Below, in pieces: positions 10,539-21,199 of a DNA stretch of 64,000 nucleotides (position 1 is the first letter of the stretch; the number at the start of each line of letters is the position of its first letter). The notes below the pieces were generated by a model. The model saw nothing but the letters and a program-made list of their open reading frames with translations. It did not search any database and was not told the DNA's origin. Both the position numbers and the translations under genes were made by a program. The DNA comes from an uncultured Fibrobacterota bacterium (GTDB lineage Bacteria > Fibrobacterota > Chitinivibrionia > Chitinivibrionales > FEN-1185), in the NCBI GenBank assembly GCA_963729895.1, contig CAVSQB010000010.1:40599-104598 (forward strand), written 5' to 3'.

Positions 10539-11642
10539 TCACGATACATTGTTTTTGAAATCACCATACGTAAACCGGCGGACCGTCTCGACGGACCCGT
10601 TGAGCCTTTTTACGACGATTGACGGCATAGGAAGCCCGTTGAACCAGTTCTTCTTCACCATCGAATAGCCTGCGGCATCCGCAAAACGCAGAACGCTCCC
10701 CACGGCGAGCCGCCGCGGGAAACGAAACGTACCGAACACGTCTCCGGCAAGACACGATCTGCCGGCCACCATATACCGAAACGAGGCCCGTTTCCGCTCA
10801 TGTACTTTTGCCGGCAACCGGTAGATGAGCAGGTCGAGCAGGTGCGCCTCCACGGACGCGTCCACGACCGCTATGTCGATTTCGTTTTTGACAATGTCGA
10901 CAACCGTGGTGACCAGCTCGGCCGACTGCGTTACCGCGCTTTCGCCCGGTTCGAGATAAATCCGGATGCCGAAGCGCGCTGCAAATTCCCTGAGCGCCGC
11001 GCAGAACGCCTGGAGCGGGTAACCGTCTTTGGTAAAATAGAGCCCGCCGCCGAAGCTCACCCACTCCATTTTTTCGAGCAGGCCGCCGTAGGTTTTGCCG
11101 ATGTACTCAAGCGACGAGGTAAAATTGTTCAGATCGTCGTTTTCGCAGTTAAAGTGGAACATGAGGCCGGTAATGAGATCCGAAACCGAATACAACTCCT
11201 TTTTATCAATGACGCCGAGCCTCGAATACCTTCGGGCGGGGTCCGCGAGGTCGTAGTGGGAACGGCTGATGCCCGGATTGACCCGAAGGCCCGCCGCGCG
11301 CCCGCGCACCAGATGGTGATACCGCCGGAGCTGGGACACGGAGTTGAAGATAACCTTGTCCGCGTATTTCTTGACGGACTTGATTTCTTCCTCGGTATAC
11401 CCAACGCAGTAGGCGTGGGTTTCCTTGCCGAATGTTTCGTACCCGAGCCGCGCTTCGAACAGCGAGCTGCTCGTGGTCCCGTCCATGTAACGCTTCATAA
11501 GATCGAATACGGCCCATGCGGAAAAACATTTGAGGGCGAGCACGACCTTGGCGCCCGATGTTTCGCGCACACGCTGGATCTTCTTCAGGTTGCGGAGCAA
11601 TTTTCGTTCGTCAATGAGGTAATAGGGAGTCGTAATCGTCAT
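10539..11642 (-). CDS. nspC: Carboxynorspermidine decarboxylase
   Basis: LALKCFS, SSLFEARL, GLRVNPG, EPGE, SCLAGD and MVKKNWFNG motifs. Confidence 0.93.
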   Translation of the reverse strand: MTITTPYYLIDERKLLRNLKKIQRVRETSGAKVVLALKCFSAWAVFDLMKRYMDGTTSSSLFEARLGYETFGKETHAYCVGYTEEEIKSVKKYADKVIFNSVSQLRRYHHLVRGRAAGLRVNPGISRSHYDLADPARRYSRLGVIDKKELYSVSDLITGLMFHFNCENDDLNNFTSSLEYIGKTYGGLLEKMEWVSFGGGLYFTKDGYPLQAFCAALREFAARFGIRIYLEPGESAVTQSAELVTTVVDIVKNEIDIAVVDASVEAHLLDLLIYRLPAKVHERKRASFRYMVAGRSCLAGDVFGTFRFPRRLAVGSVLRFADAAGYSMVKKNWFNGLPMPSIVVKRLNGSVETVRRFTYGDFKNNVS

Positions 11643-11958
11643 GGCCGGCCTGGTGCTTCGCTCCGGTGGAAGGAAATGCCCGTTGAGAATCGTATGATAA
11701 AATTAAAATCCAACGAAAAAAAATGAAAGATGTTTTCGAAGAAAATCCGCCGGTCCTAGCCGGGACGGCGGCAGCGGCGTCACGTGAATGCCGTCGCCTT
11801 CGGCCAGGCGCGTGCCGCTTGTTTTGAAAGCATGGTTTGACGCCCCCTGGTTTGTGCGGACGGACGGACAACCTTCGGGTGGAACACCCGCAGCATGGCT
11901 TTATCCATTTTGAATCAACAGACACTTTACTTTTTTGTTTCATTGTGTTACCATTTTA

Positions 11959-11991
11959 TTGAAGAACCCCGCCCCAAGTGGCGGGGACCGC
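11959..11991. repeat. REP-like palindrome (dispersed family)
   Basis: TTGAAGAACCCCGCCCCAAGTGGCGGGGACCGC; related copies at 30263, 54347 and 54805. Confidence 0.55.
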
Positions 11992-12100
11992 GATTACAAC
12001 GGGATGTACGCCCCAGTGAGCGGGCTGCGTTATTGAGCAGGACTTGAAAATCAATACCCGATTTTTTTACCAACCATCAACCACTGTTTCAGGAGGTTCC

Positions 12101-12523
12101 ATGAAAAACTCATTGCTCTTCGCTCTCGCAGGAATCCTCTTTCTCTGCCCTGGGGCCTTCGCACAAAAGGATTCCACCACTTCCGCTGATACTATTTCGC
12201 AAATAGCCAAGGTCTACAAGCTCGACAGCATCGCGTTCGGAACGGGTGTTGAACAGCGGGTACCGCAGGGCGTTGCAAATGAATTCGGCCCCTCGCCTGC
12301 AAAAGTGTTCTGCTGGACAAAAATATCCATCAATGCCGCTCCTGTGAGCATCAAGCACGTTTGGTACAACGGCGACGAGAAAGTCCTTGAAGTGCCGCTC
12401 AGGTTACGGTACGCTTCAGGACGCCTCTGGAGCTACAAGACCGTGACCCCCGGGCAATGGAAAGTGGAGGTGATCGGAGAGAACGGAGACGTTATCGGTT
12501 CTTCGAGCTTTACGGCAAAGTAA
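12101..12523 (+). CDS. Secreted DUF2914-like protein
   Basis: AGGAGG RBS; signal peptide; VFCWTKI...IKHVWY...RLWSYK...GQWKVEV. Confidence 0.8.
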   Translation: MKNSLLFALAGILFLCPGAFAQKDSTTSADTISQIAKVYKLDSIAFGTGVEQRVPQGVANEFGPSPAKVFCWTKISINAAPVSIKHVWYNGDEKVLEVPLRLRYASGRLWSYKTVTPGQWKVEVIGENGDVIGSSSFTAK

Positions 12524-12768
12524 CAAAGGTAAAGCCCCCGGGCTTGCCGCACTTGCCCTTGCAGATCGCTGCGGCTCGTGCCGGGGGATTCTTGATGCGC
12601 GCCGAAACATTCCGATAGTACCTCAAGCAACATGGGGCACCGTCGTAAGTTTTCCCTTTATCTCACACCGACAGACGGACATTTCGTAAAGTCGCTGCCG
12701 GAACAACCGAGACCAAGTCGGTCCTTTCCGAATATTATTTTCCTATTCTGCAAAGAAGTTGCGTGCTA

Positions 12769-12784
12769 TGTGACCGCCGTCACA
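12769..12784. promoter_or_regulatory. CRP/FNR-family consensus site
   Basis: Perfect TGTGA-CCGCCG-TCACA with -10-like TATGCT/TATTTT about 20 bp downstream. Confidence 0.5.
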
Positions 12785-12820
12785 TGTCGGTTGGAGTGGC
12801 GGTATGCTATTTTTCATAAG

Positions 12821-14125
12821 CGTGTTGCCTCATAATAAAAGGTAACCGAAGGGTCAGATTCGATGCCTCACAAATGAGGTAACCGTAACAAGGTTGAAAA
12901 TGGTTTTGAGTTTTCTTTCGATAGTCTTTTTTAATTGGAATGGATTGAGAGCACGGTGGGTCAGTTCAAGGCTTTGCTTGACTTCTGAAGCTATGTAAGG
13001 TGATTCAACGATTCTTTGATAGGGAGTTTTCGGTTCTTCATAGGTCTTGCGGTATCGAGATCCTATCCGGATTTTAGATTTGAGTTTCAGCGATGGACAG
13101 AAGTGGTTTTGATAGAGAGACCACTCGTTGGCATAGAGGTCGTTAATGAGGGGAAGCGTGTCGGGGTTTTCGATCCGATCATAACCAAGCATGTGCCTGG
13201 CCTGCGCCCAGTTTTTCTGTTCGACATGGGCGTTGTCGTTTTTCTTGTAGGGACGTGACCGGGTGAACTTTACAGGGTCTTGTCGCACGGCGAAGTAGCG
13301 TTCGAGATGATAGTTGAGGAACTCGGACCCGTTATCACAGTCAAAGCCACGCAGGGCAAAAGGTATTCGTCGTTCGATGTCTTTAACCTGCTCAATGACA
13401 CCCTGGGAGCCCTTATTCCACACAGCACGGCCTTCGGTCCAAGCAGTATGGATGTCAGTCATGATAAGGCTCCACACAAATTCTCCGGCAAGGCTGGTGC
13501 CGCAATGGGCAACCGTATCCGCCTCCATGAATCCAGGCTGGGTAATATCCCAGTTGTCGGTACGGATGGGGATTTGATTGCGCAGCATGGAGCCGGGCTT
13601 GGTGCCGCACAATCCCTTGCCCATACGCGTACGTAAAGGGCATAGGACGCGGTCAAGCGTGGAGCGGCTGACAGAGAGGAGCCGCGCACGGACTTCCTCG
13701 GAAAGCAGTTCAAAGGATTGTTCGTAGAATGGCAGCCATACTGGAATGACAACCTTAAGGCGGCGAGAGCACATGAAATCAGAGGCTTTCCAGATGTACT
13801 GTAACGCCTTAATAAAAAGCGGTTCAGCATATAAGGGTCTTCTTCCACGCTTGGCTTTTTGTTTCTGTTTGCGTTTTCCAAGTAGCCGGATAGCGTACTT
13901 GCGATTGTATCGGCAAATCGCACAAAACTCATCGAGAATCTGCTTTTTGCCGGCTCTGTTGGAATGGGCATATCGTTGTCGTATCGCTTCCCGATATGCT
14001 TCTTTTTCTTTGTGCCCCATAGTGGTAACCCCCTTTTTTCTTGGGTTACCTTAATTATGAGGCAACGAATCAATTGGTGCGTGTTTCGATTAAGCCTTCG
14101 GTTACATTTAATTTGAGGCAATGCG
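12821..14125 (-). mobile_element. Insertion sequence copy 2 (1305 bp, inverted)
   Basis: Matches 493-1797 apart from one noticed substitution (AAG/AGG, K to R); 4-bp direct repeat TAAG at 12817-12820 and 14126-14129. Confidence 0.93.
12854..14020 (-). CDS. DDE integrase-core transposase, 388 aa
   Basis: Same protein as 598-1764 with one amino-acid difference. Confidence 0.92.
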   Translation of the reverse strand: MGHKEKEAYREAIRQRYAHSNRAGKKQILDEFCAICRYNRKYAIRLLGKRKQKQKAKRGRRPLYAEPLFIKALQYIWKASDFMCSRRLKVVIPVWLPFYEQSFELLSEEVRARLLSVSRSTLDRVLCPLRTRMGKGLCGTKPGSMLRNQIPIRTDNWDITQPGFMEADTVAHCGTSLAGEFVWSLIMTDIHTAWTEGRAVWNKGSQGVIEQVKDIERRIPFALRGFDCDNGSEFLNYHLERYFAVRQDPVKFTRSRPYKKNDNAHVEQKNWAQARHMLGYDRIENPDTLPLINDLYANEWSLYQNHFCPSLKLKSKIRIGSRYRKTYEEPKTPYQRIVESPYIASEVKQSLELTHRALNPFQLKKTIERKLKTIFNLVTVTSFVRHRI

Positions 14126-14175
14126 TAAGAAGACCAACCTGTTTTTAGAACTTCTTTTTCGGGGGAATAGTTTGT

Positions 14176-17100
14176 ATGATTAGGAAATGCTCCGTCGTCC
14201 TGTGCGTTTTGTCGATGAGCATGCTTTTTCTGCTCACGTGTACGACCGGCCAAAGTCCCTTCAAGCCCCAGGACGCCTCGGTTTCATTGATCCTGCAGAA
14301 TTCAAGCGGCCACAGGGACACAGCCTCCGTCACGGACACGGTGGGAAACCAGGTCCTCATCGCCATGATAGGATATCTTCCTTCTTATATTAACTCGGTG
14401 AAGGTACTCATTTGTACAAGCGCGGACACGGATACTGTTCTCACCTACCCCAAAGCAACTTTGTGGGCCGATACGCAGCGGATCAACATCAAGTTTCATT
14501 CCATGGGCACGAGGACAGTGACGGTCGATGCTTCCCTTCAAAGGTCGGATAAGATCGTGACAGCGACAATCGTGATTGTGGAGAGGCCGGTTTGGATTTC
14601 AACACAACCAACGAGTATCAGCGTGGACCCGAACGGGTCTGCCCTGTTTTTCGTGACTCCCAAGGATACGGGGACGTTCCGGTATCAATGGATCAAAGAC
14701 GGAACACCCATCTCCGGAGCGACAAAAGATACGCTTATCATTGATCCGGTACTGGCCGCTAACGCAGGCGTTTACACCTGTCTCGTAAAAGATCAGTGGG
14801 GCGATTCAATACTTACCAATGAAGCCGTTCTAACTATTAACCAGGGTTCAACCTCCAACCACAAACCTGTGCTCAGCGTTACCGGCGTGCGAAACATCCT
14901 GACCGCCCAGGCCTGTTCACTTTCCCTTTCCGCTACAGACCCTGATGCCGGCCAGACGCTTACCTATGCAATGATCAAGTCTCCGCAGGGCGCCACCCTG
15001 ACCGCAAACATATTCAGGTGGACTGCTCCGGCAGGACAAACAGGCGCCGACACTGCGATCTTTACGGTTACCGATAACGGAACCCCGCCCATGTCCGATA
15101 CGCAGACCGTGATCATCACGGTAAGCTCGCAGATAACGGTTCCGGTCAAAGTCCCTGGCGTCAAGGCGGTTTCAAAGGCCAATGGATATTTCGTTTTTTC
15201 GTGGAACAAGGTCTCCAATGCGGATTCGTATAACATATTCCGCTCTGCAGATACGGTTGCCGCAGACTTCCAGAAGATCGGCAGCACGTCGGATTCTCTG
15301 TTCGACGATTCTGCAAAGATGACCAATTACTACTATTACGTTGTTGCGGTCAACACCGCAGGATCGTCTCCTGCGTCTGCCTTGGTTTATTCCGGCTCGA
15401 TCAAGACGCCGCCTGTCATCATGGTGCTGGCCGACACCGCGGTTGCTCAAGGGAAAACCCTGAGCTTCATGGTGCAAACCATTGCCCCTGCCCAGGACAC
15501 GGTTACGCTGGCAGCAACGGACACCACAGGCGTAAAACTGCCGGATTCCGCGACGTTCAATGCAAAGACCGGGATATTCACCTGGACCCCGACGTTCGGC
15601 CAGTTGGGATTGTATAAGATTGTTTTCACCGCAGGAGACGGGAATGCGGTCGCCAAAGACACGGTGAAGATCACGGTAACCAAGACCGACCGTCCGCCGG
15701 TTGTCCAGCCGCAATCGGTGAATGCGGGCAGGAACCAGGCCATCACCATTACTCTTGCGGCGACCGATCCTGACGGCGATGCTATTACGCAATGGCAAGT
15801 GACCCAGAAACCGGACAATGGAACGGCGACTCTTGCCGACTCTACAAAAGGGAGTGTGGTGTATACGCCGAACACTGGTTTTATCGGCACAGACACCTTT
15901 GCGGTGCGGGCCTCCGACGGCACGTTGTGGAGCGTGGCATCTGCAAACGTGATCGTCACGGTCGACTCAAGCAAGGTTGCGCCCAAGATACAAGTGCAGC
16001 CCAGGCCGGATACCACCGTGAACCAAGGCGGGTCGGTCACGTTTACGGTTGGTATTAACAGCGGCGCCTTCCCGACACCCACGTTTACATGGTACAAAGG
16101 GACCAAAGGAAGCGGCGCGAGCCTGCAGGCCGGCACAAGCCCGACATATCAAAAGACGGGCGTGGTTGCCGCGGACTCGGGAAACTATTATGTGGTTGTT
16201 TCAAATGCATCGGGCGCTGACACGTCGGCGTATGCGCATCTGGCGGTGAATGCGCCGGCTTCGGCACCAATGCTGGCGTCACCTGCTAACGGCGCAACCG
16301 GACTGCCTGTTTCTTTGACGCTGGTTTGGAACAAAGTCCCTGGCGCATTGGCGTATTATGTACAGGTCGCTTCCGACACCGGATTTACCATTATGCTGGT
16401 TTCCGACTCGACGCAAACCGACACCACAAAGGCGATATCCGGGTTCTCTAAGGGATCCACGTACTACTGGCGGGTGATGGCGAGGAACGCAGTCGGCACA
16501 GGCGCATGGTCGGCTAAAACGAGCTTTACAACAATAAAACAGTTCGCTCTTATGGTAACTGCAACAAGCGGGGCGGTGACGAAGACTCCGAACGCTACAC
16601 AGTATGACTCCGGAACCGTTGTCGGCTTGAAAGCTTTGCCAAATGCAGGGTATCAATTTGGAAATTGGACCGGAGACGCAACAAGTTCGACAGATTCGGC
16701 AACCGTAGTGATGAACGGGACAAAGAATGTAACGGCAAACTTCAGCGTTATTCAATATCAGCTGACCGTAACGGCCGGGACCGGCGGCACAGTAACGGCG
16801 CCGGCAACATCACCCGCGACGGTAAACAGTGGTGCGCAAACGACGATAACAGCTTCGCCAAGCGTGGGGTACAAATTCGTGAACTGGACAAAAACAAGCG
16901 GCTCTTGTACAATAGCCGACTCTACGCAGGCAACGACGACCGTGAAGGATACTTCGGGAAATGCGACGGTACAGGCGAATTTTGCGGCGTTGGCGTGTTC
17001 GTGGAACCAAGTGCTCAGCAACAATTCATCCACTCAAGATATTTTTTCGATTGCTGCTTGCGGAAATACAATAATGGCGGGACAACAACAATTGGGGATA

Positions 17101-17838
17101 CAACGTTCCACGGATAATGGGACAACTTGGTCATACCTTTTTGAAGGAGGCCCGTATGTCAATGCTATTTATCGGTTTGGAACGCACACACTTGCAGGAT
17201 CTTCTGGAAGCTCGCCAGGCATTTATGTTTCTCCTGACAGCGGGGCGACCTGGACACAGCCACTCGTAGGGACCAAAGTCTATAGTTTTGCCTCAGCGGG
17301 TGACACTCTGTATGCAGGGACCAATGGTGCAGGGGTAGTTTCCTCCGCAGATAACGGGACGACGTGGAATTCTGATCCCTCCAATGATTTGGAGGCAACC
17401 AGTATATATGCTGTGGCTGTTAGCGGGGCAACTCTCTATGCCGGAACTGATAATGGATTGTACTACCGCTCCAGTCCCAATTGGTATGCTGTTACTGCTA
17501 TACCGAGTATTTCTGTTTACACCTTGGTGACAAATGGTGAGGCGCTGTTTGCGGGTACTAGTTCCGGCCTCTATCGACTCAACAACACTACCGGAATTTG
17601 GGCTGTCGTAGACACCGGCTTAACTAATACGACAATTAATTCACTGGTCGCGAGCGGCAATTATTTGTTCGCCGCAACAGGTGGCGGGGTTTTTATTACC
17701 ACAAACAATGGCAACAATTGGAGCCCCGTTAACGGTGGACTGCCTGGCGGGAGCGTCGCTGCTGGTCCTCTTGCGGTGAACAGCACATCAATCTTCATGG
17801 GTTCAGGCTACAGTGTTTACAGATCGCCATTACCTTAA
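14176..17838 (+). CDS. Large surface lipoprotein: Ig/cadherin-like, FN3 and InlB-B-like repeats, C-terminal BNR beta-propeller
   Basis: Lipobox-like LLTC; YQWIKDG...GVYTC Ig domain; ATDPDGD cadherin-like motif; YYWRV FN3; SxDxGxTW repeats. Confidence 0.85.
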   Translation: MIRKCSVVLCVLSMSMLFLLTCTTGQSPFKPQDASVSLILQNSSGHRDTASVTDTVGNQVLIAMIGYLPSYINSVKVLICTSADTDTVLTYPKATLWADTQRINIKFHSMGTRTVTVDASLQRSDKIVTATIVIVERPVWISTQPTSISVDPNGSALFFVTPKDTGTFRYQWIKDGTPISGATKDTLIIDPVLAANAGVYTCLVKDQWGDSILTNEAVLTINQGSTSNHKPVLSVTGVRNILTAQACSLSLSATDPDAGQTLTYAMIKSPQGATLTANIFRWTAPAGQTGADTAIFTVTDNGTPPMSDTQTVIITVSSQITVPVKVPGVKAVSKANGYFVFSWNKVSNADSYNIFRSADTVAADFQKIGSTSDSLFDDSAKMTNYYYYVVAVNTAGSSPASALVYSGSIKTPPVIMVLADTAVAQGKTLSFMVQTIAPAQDTVTLAATDTTGVKLPDSATFNAKTGIFTWTPTFGQLGLYKIVFTAGDGNAVAKDTVKITVTKTDRPPVVQPQSVNAGRNQAITITLAATDPDGDAITQWQVTQKPDNGTATLADSTKGSVVYTPNTGFIGTDTFAVRASDGTLWSVASANVIVTVDSSKVAPKIQVQPRPDTTVNQGGSVTFTVGINSGAFPTPTFTWYKGTKGSGASLQAGTSPTYQKTGVVAADSGNYYVVVSNASGADTSAYAHLAVNAPASAPMLASPANGATGLPVSLTLVWNKVPGALAYYVQVASDTGFTIMLVSDSTQTDTTKAISGFSKGSTYYWRVMARNAVGTGAWSAKTSFTTIKQFALMVTATSGAVTKTPNATQYDSGTVVGLKALPNAGYQFGNWTGDATSSTDSATVVMNGTKNVTANFSVIQYQLTVTAGTGGTVTAPATSPATVNSGAQTTITASPSVGYKFVNWTKTSGSCTIADSTQATTTVKDTSGNATVQANFAALACSWNQVLSNNSSTQDIFSIAACGNTIMAGQQQLGIQRSTDNGTTWSYLFEGGPYVNAIYRFGTHTLAGSSGSSPGIYVSPDSGATWTQPLVGTKVYSFASAGDTLYAGTNGAGVVSSADNGTTWNSDPSNDLEATSIYAVAVSGATLYAGTDNGLYYRSSPNWYAVTAIPSISVYTLVTNGEALFAGTSSGLYRLNNTTGIWAVVDTGLTNTTINSLVASGNYLFAATGGGVFITTNNGNNWSPVNGGLPGGSVAAGPLAVNSTSIFMGSGYSVYRSPLP

Positions 17839-17867
17839 GGTTTCCCTTTGAAACGCCACAAAGCAAA

Positions 17868-17899
17868 AAGGCCCAATTGTATGTTGCAATTTGGGCCTT
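17868..17899. terminator. Hairpin between convergent genes
   Basis: AAGGCCCAATTG...CAATTTGGGCCTT. Confidence 0.55.
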
Positions 17900-17953
17900 C
17901 CTGACGAGAATCTTCGGCCTAGAGGCCACACCTCAAAGGTCGAAAAAAATGCC

Positions 17954-19519
17954 TTAATACCCCACCGCGAGCTCCAACCACGAAACATTCCCGTGCTCAA
18001 TATAGGAAGACCAATTTTCCCAATCATCGTATGGAAACCCATAACATTTGTTATCTATGGAACGTCTATGAAGGAAATAGGAATAGAAGCAACAGGGTGC
18101 CGCCTTGTAAAAATATGAGTCGTCTTGCATTTGAATAGGAATATCTGCGTTGTTGTCGCAACCACCACTTATCATAACATGCCTGTAGCAAGCGGCAGAG
18201 ATGCAAGGGGAAGCGATACCATTCAAATAAGGTGTTTCACCGACCCCGAAGGCGGCGCAATACTTATCGGAGTAGGTGGCATATTTCCCGCCTGGTCCCA
18301 CATCCGAGCCGTTGGTGCCGGGATTCGGTATTTTATATGGGGCCTGCATAGTCCCGAGTTTCGAGAACTCGTAGGGCACCTCGTTCTCAAACTCATCGAA
18401 GTACGACTGGCGTGTCTGGTAATACACGGAGTATTGGTCACCGCGAACCGTGTCAAAGCCATCCGTACAATGCAACCGGTACATCATGGGAGTGCCAAAG
18501 GCGTCTACACGTGTGGTATTGCCGTGAAACCAGAGGCTGCCGTTCAGCATGCCGTTCGTATGTTCCTCAAAATCCCAAACCTGGTTCGACGGTCTCAAAT
18601 TTCCAGCGGCCGGGTTGTACCCGACCATTATGTAAAGCCTGCCAGACCCGCTTGTGGTGAAATCTATATGTGCCGAATCGCTGAGCCGGACCGCAGCCCC
18701 GCCGTCACCAATTGCCCAATAAATCTGGCTGTCCGCCCATACGCCGTTGGTCCTGTTCAGAACGGTATACCATATATGGCCGGCCTGTTTCATTACATTT
18801 GCCGTGTCCCAGAACGTATCGGTGTCCCCATTCCAGGTATTATTTTTTGTCAACGTGAAATCGAATTGACCGGCCAGCGCCTGTATCGGCGTCACGCCGA
18901 GCGTATAGCCTGGTTCGGTGGCATGCAATGTGTCGACCACTGCCGCGAGTTTCTCCATACGCGTCTGAAATTCCGGGGTGTTTTGCACAATCGACCCGCC
19001 GGCACTGCGGGTTGCAGGCTGAAGCCTCATGACGGTCGAGGCGCCGTTGATGGTTACCCGGAGCATGTAAAACTGCGACGAAATACCGCGTGTGTCAATC
19101 GATGCGGAGTAATTTCCGGTGGACTTGGTGCAGTTCAGCACATTTTCCACGAACCGTCCCGCAAGATCGTATATGTTCATCTTCACCGACGCGTTGTCCT
19201 GCGGCACGCTGAACAACACTTTCCCGCCCACGTACCTCGGTTGCGAAAACGCATCGCCCCGCATATTCGTGCCAGGGATAATGGTGTTGACGGCGCACGT
19301 CCCTGTTCCCAGGTGGTACTGACCGTTGCTGTCGGTGGTGGTATAGTACGGTTCGTTACCGTACGCATCGGTAAACCGTGTCTGGCCCAACCTTACCAGC
19401 GTGTTGGTAAGGGGCTTCCCGCCCGGGTCTGTCACCATTCCGCAGATGTTAACGGTCTGGGAAAAGACATATCCCGCGAAAAACGCCACCATCAAACACG
19501 ACACTGCCGCTCTTTTCAT
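17954..19519 (-). CDS. GH64 beta-1,3-glucanase family protein (paralog 1)
   Basis: WDFEEH, GNTTRVDAFG, SAACYRH and YGFPYDD motifs; signal peptide and an internal FlgD/T9SS-like domain. Confidence 0.8.
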   Translation of the reverse strand: MKRAAVSCLMVAFFAGYVFSQTVNICGMVTDPGGKPLTNTLVRLGQTRFTDAYGNEPYYTTTDSNGQYHLGTGTCAVNTIIPGTNMRGDAFSQPRYVGGKVLFSVPQDNASVKMNIYDLAGRFVENVLNCTKSTGNYSASIDTRGISSQFYMLRVTINGASTVMRLQPATRSAGGSIVQNTPEFQTRMEKLAAVVDTLHATEPGYTLGVTPIQALAGQFDFTLTKNNTWNGDTDTFWDTANVMKQAGHIWYTVLNRTNGVWADSQIYWAIGDGGAAVRLSDSAHIDFTTSGSGRLYIMVGYNPAAGNLRPSNQVWDFEEHTNGMLNGSLWFHGNTTRVDAFGTPMMYRLHCTDGFDTVRGDQYSVYYQTRQSYFDEFENEVPYEFSKLGTMQAPYKIPNPGTNGSDVGPGGKYATYSDKYCAAFGVGETPYLNGIASPCISAACYRHVMISGGCDNNADIPIQMQDDSYFYKAAPCCFYSYFLHRRSIDNKCYGFPYDDWENWSSYIEHGNVSWLELAVGY

Positions 19520-19642
19520 TTCACCCTCCCCTTCTTGATTGCTAAGGACTTTAGAATAAACAGGGAATGATTACCTCTCAATTCAGAACAGGTTATTTCT
19601 GAAAGGAGAGGTAACCTTCTTGATCTGGCGCAAACCTTCTGT

Positions 19643-21199
19643 CTACCACCCTATCGCAATGGCCAACCATTGGACATTGGACTGGCCCAAATACGCGGCA
19701 TGGCCGCCATCGTCGTCGTAGGGAAATCCGTAATCCTTGTTATACAACCCACGGCGGTGGCACCAATATGAAAAGTAGTTGCACGGCGCCGCCTTGTAGT
19801 AATTGGTGTCGTTATACCAGATCGCGTTATTCGTGCCTTTCGGAAGTGTTCCGACGTGCCTGTTGACGGCGGCAGAATAGTCAGGCGAGGAGCCCATTCC
19901 CGGTGCCGCACAGGCAAAAATGTTGATGGTAGACGATACGGTTTGCCCCGGGTTGTAGGCGATAACCGAATCCTCATATTTGGTGAAGTAATCCACATAC
20001 GGGCCGCCCGTGCCGAAAATGTTGACAGGCGAGGTATGCGGCGCCCAGATGTTGGCAAAATCATGCGTAGCAAGACCGGTAAACTCCTTCGGCACCTCGT
20101 TCTTGAACTCGTCAAAATGTGCCTGGCGTGACTGATAGAACATTTCATACGCATCGCCGAGTGCGTTATCCTGACCGGTAGAGCTATGAACCCTGAAAGC
20201 TATCGGGAGCCTCCATCCATCCACCCGGGTGGTATTGCCCATCCACGAACCATTGTAATTGACTTCGACGAAATCAAAATATCTGTTTCCAGAATCGTTG
20301 GGAGCAACCCAAATGTAGAACCTTCCATTGCCGTTGGGGATCGGCAGCGTGGGGTTCGTGGCAATGGAGGTTTTTGCTCCGTTCTGCTGAATACTCCAGA
20401 AAATCTTGCTGTCAGGGAACGCGCCGTTGGTCCTGTTCAGAATGACGTACGAGGCATTCGTCGGGTAGGTGCTCGTGTTTCCCCAGAAGGCAGCCGTATC
20501 GCCATTCCAGGTGGTGGTCTTGGTCAGCGCGAAGTCGTAAGTTCCCGCCAACGCCTGAATCGGCGTGACGCCGATCGAATAGCCCGGTACGGTCGCGTGC
20601 AGGGTATCCACGATATCCGCGAGCTTCTCCAAGCTGGCCTGGAATTCCAATGCATTCTGAATAACGGCGCCGGCAAAACCGCGCGAAGCCGGCCGTAACC
20701 GTATCACGGAGGCCGCACCGTTGATGGTCACCCGAAGCAGATAAAGCTGGGAAGAAATGCCGCGTGTGTCAAGCGACACCGAATAATTGCCCTTGGAGAG
20801 GGTCTTGTTCATCACGTCACGCACGAACCTACCCGCCAAGTCATATATGCTCATCCTCACCAATGCAGTGCTCGCCGGTAGGCTGAACAAGACTTTCCCG
20901 CCCACGTAGACGGGCTGTGAAAAGGCGTCTCCTCGCATCTGGGCGCTCGGAATGATGGTTTTCACAGGTGGGCAAGTTCCCGGTCCCAGCCGGTAATGAC
21001 CGTTGTTGTCGGTTTTGATTATGTACGGCGAGGGTCCAAATCCGCTGTCATACGTTGCCTGCCCCAACCTGACCAATCCGTTGGTCAGCGGTTGACCATT
21101 CGTTGCGTCTGTAATCGTTCCACAAATGTTGGGAACCTGGGAAAAAACAGAGCCGGCGACAAAGGCCAACATCAGAAACGACACTGCTGCTCTTTTCAT
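19643..21199 (-). CDS. GH64 beta-1,3-glucanase family protein (paralog 2)
   Basis: FDFVEV, GNTTRVDGW, SAAVNRH and YGFPYDD motifs; start MKRAAVS with GGGAGG RBS. Confidence 0.8.
   Translation of the reverse strand: MKRAAVSFLMLAFVAGSVFSQVPNICGTITDATNGQPLTNGLVRLGQATYDSGFGPSPYIIKTDNNGHYRLGPGTCPPVKTIIPSAQMRGDAFSQPVYVGGKVLFSLPASTALVRMSIYDLAGRFVRDVMNKTLSKGNYSVSLDTRGISSQLYLLRVTINGAASVIRLRPASRGFAGAVIQNALEFQASLEKLADIVDTLHATVPGYSIGVTPIQALAGTYDFALTKTTTWNGDTAAFWGNTSTYPTNASYVILNRTNGAFPDSKIFWSIQQNGAKTSIATNPTLPIPNGNGRFYIWVAPNDSGNRYFDFVEVNYNGSWMGNTTRVDGWRLPIAFRVHSSTGQDNALGDAYEMFYQSRQAHFDEFKNEVPKEFTGLATHDFANIWAPHTSPVNIFGTGGPYVDYFTKYEDSVIAYNPGQTVSSTINIFACAAPGMGSSPDYSAAVNRHVGTLPKGTNNAIWYNDTNYYKAAPCNYFSYWCHRRGLYNKDYGFPYDDDGGHAAYLGQSNVQWLAIAIGW

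Noticed and set aside
11960..12045. Known riboswitch upstream of the DUF2914-like gene
   Set aside because: No match that I recognise to c-di-GMP, c-di-AMP, SAM or TPP consensus; the first hairpin fits the dispersed palindrome family.
493..14125. Composite transposon formed by the two inverted IS copies
   Set aside because: Each copy has its own target duplication (GAGCG; TAAG) and the enclosed genes are housekeeping, so these are independent insertions.
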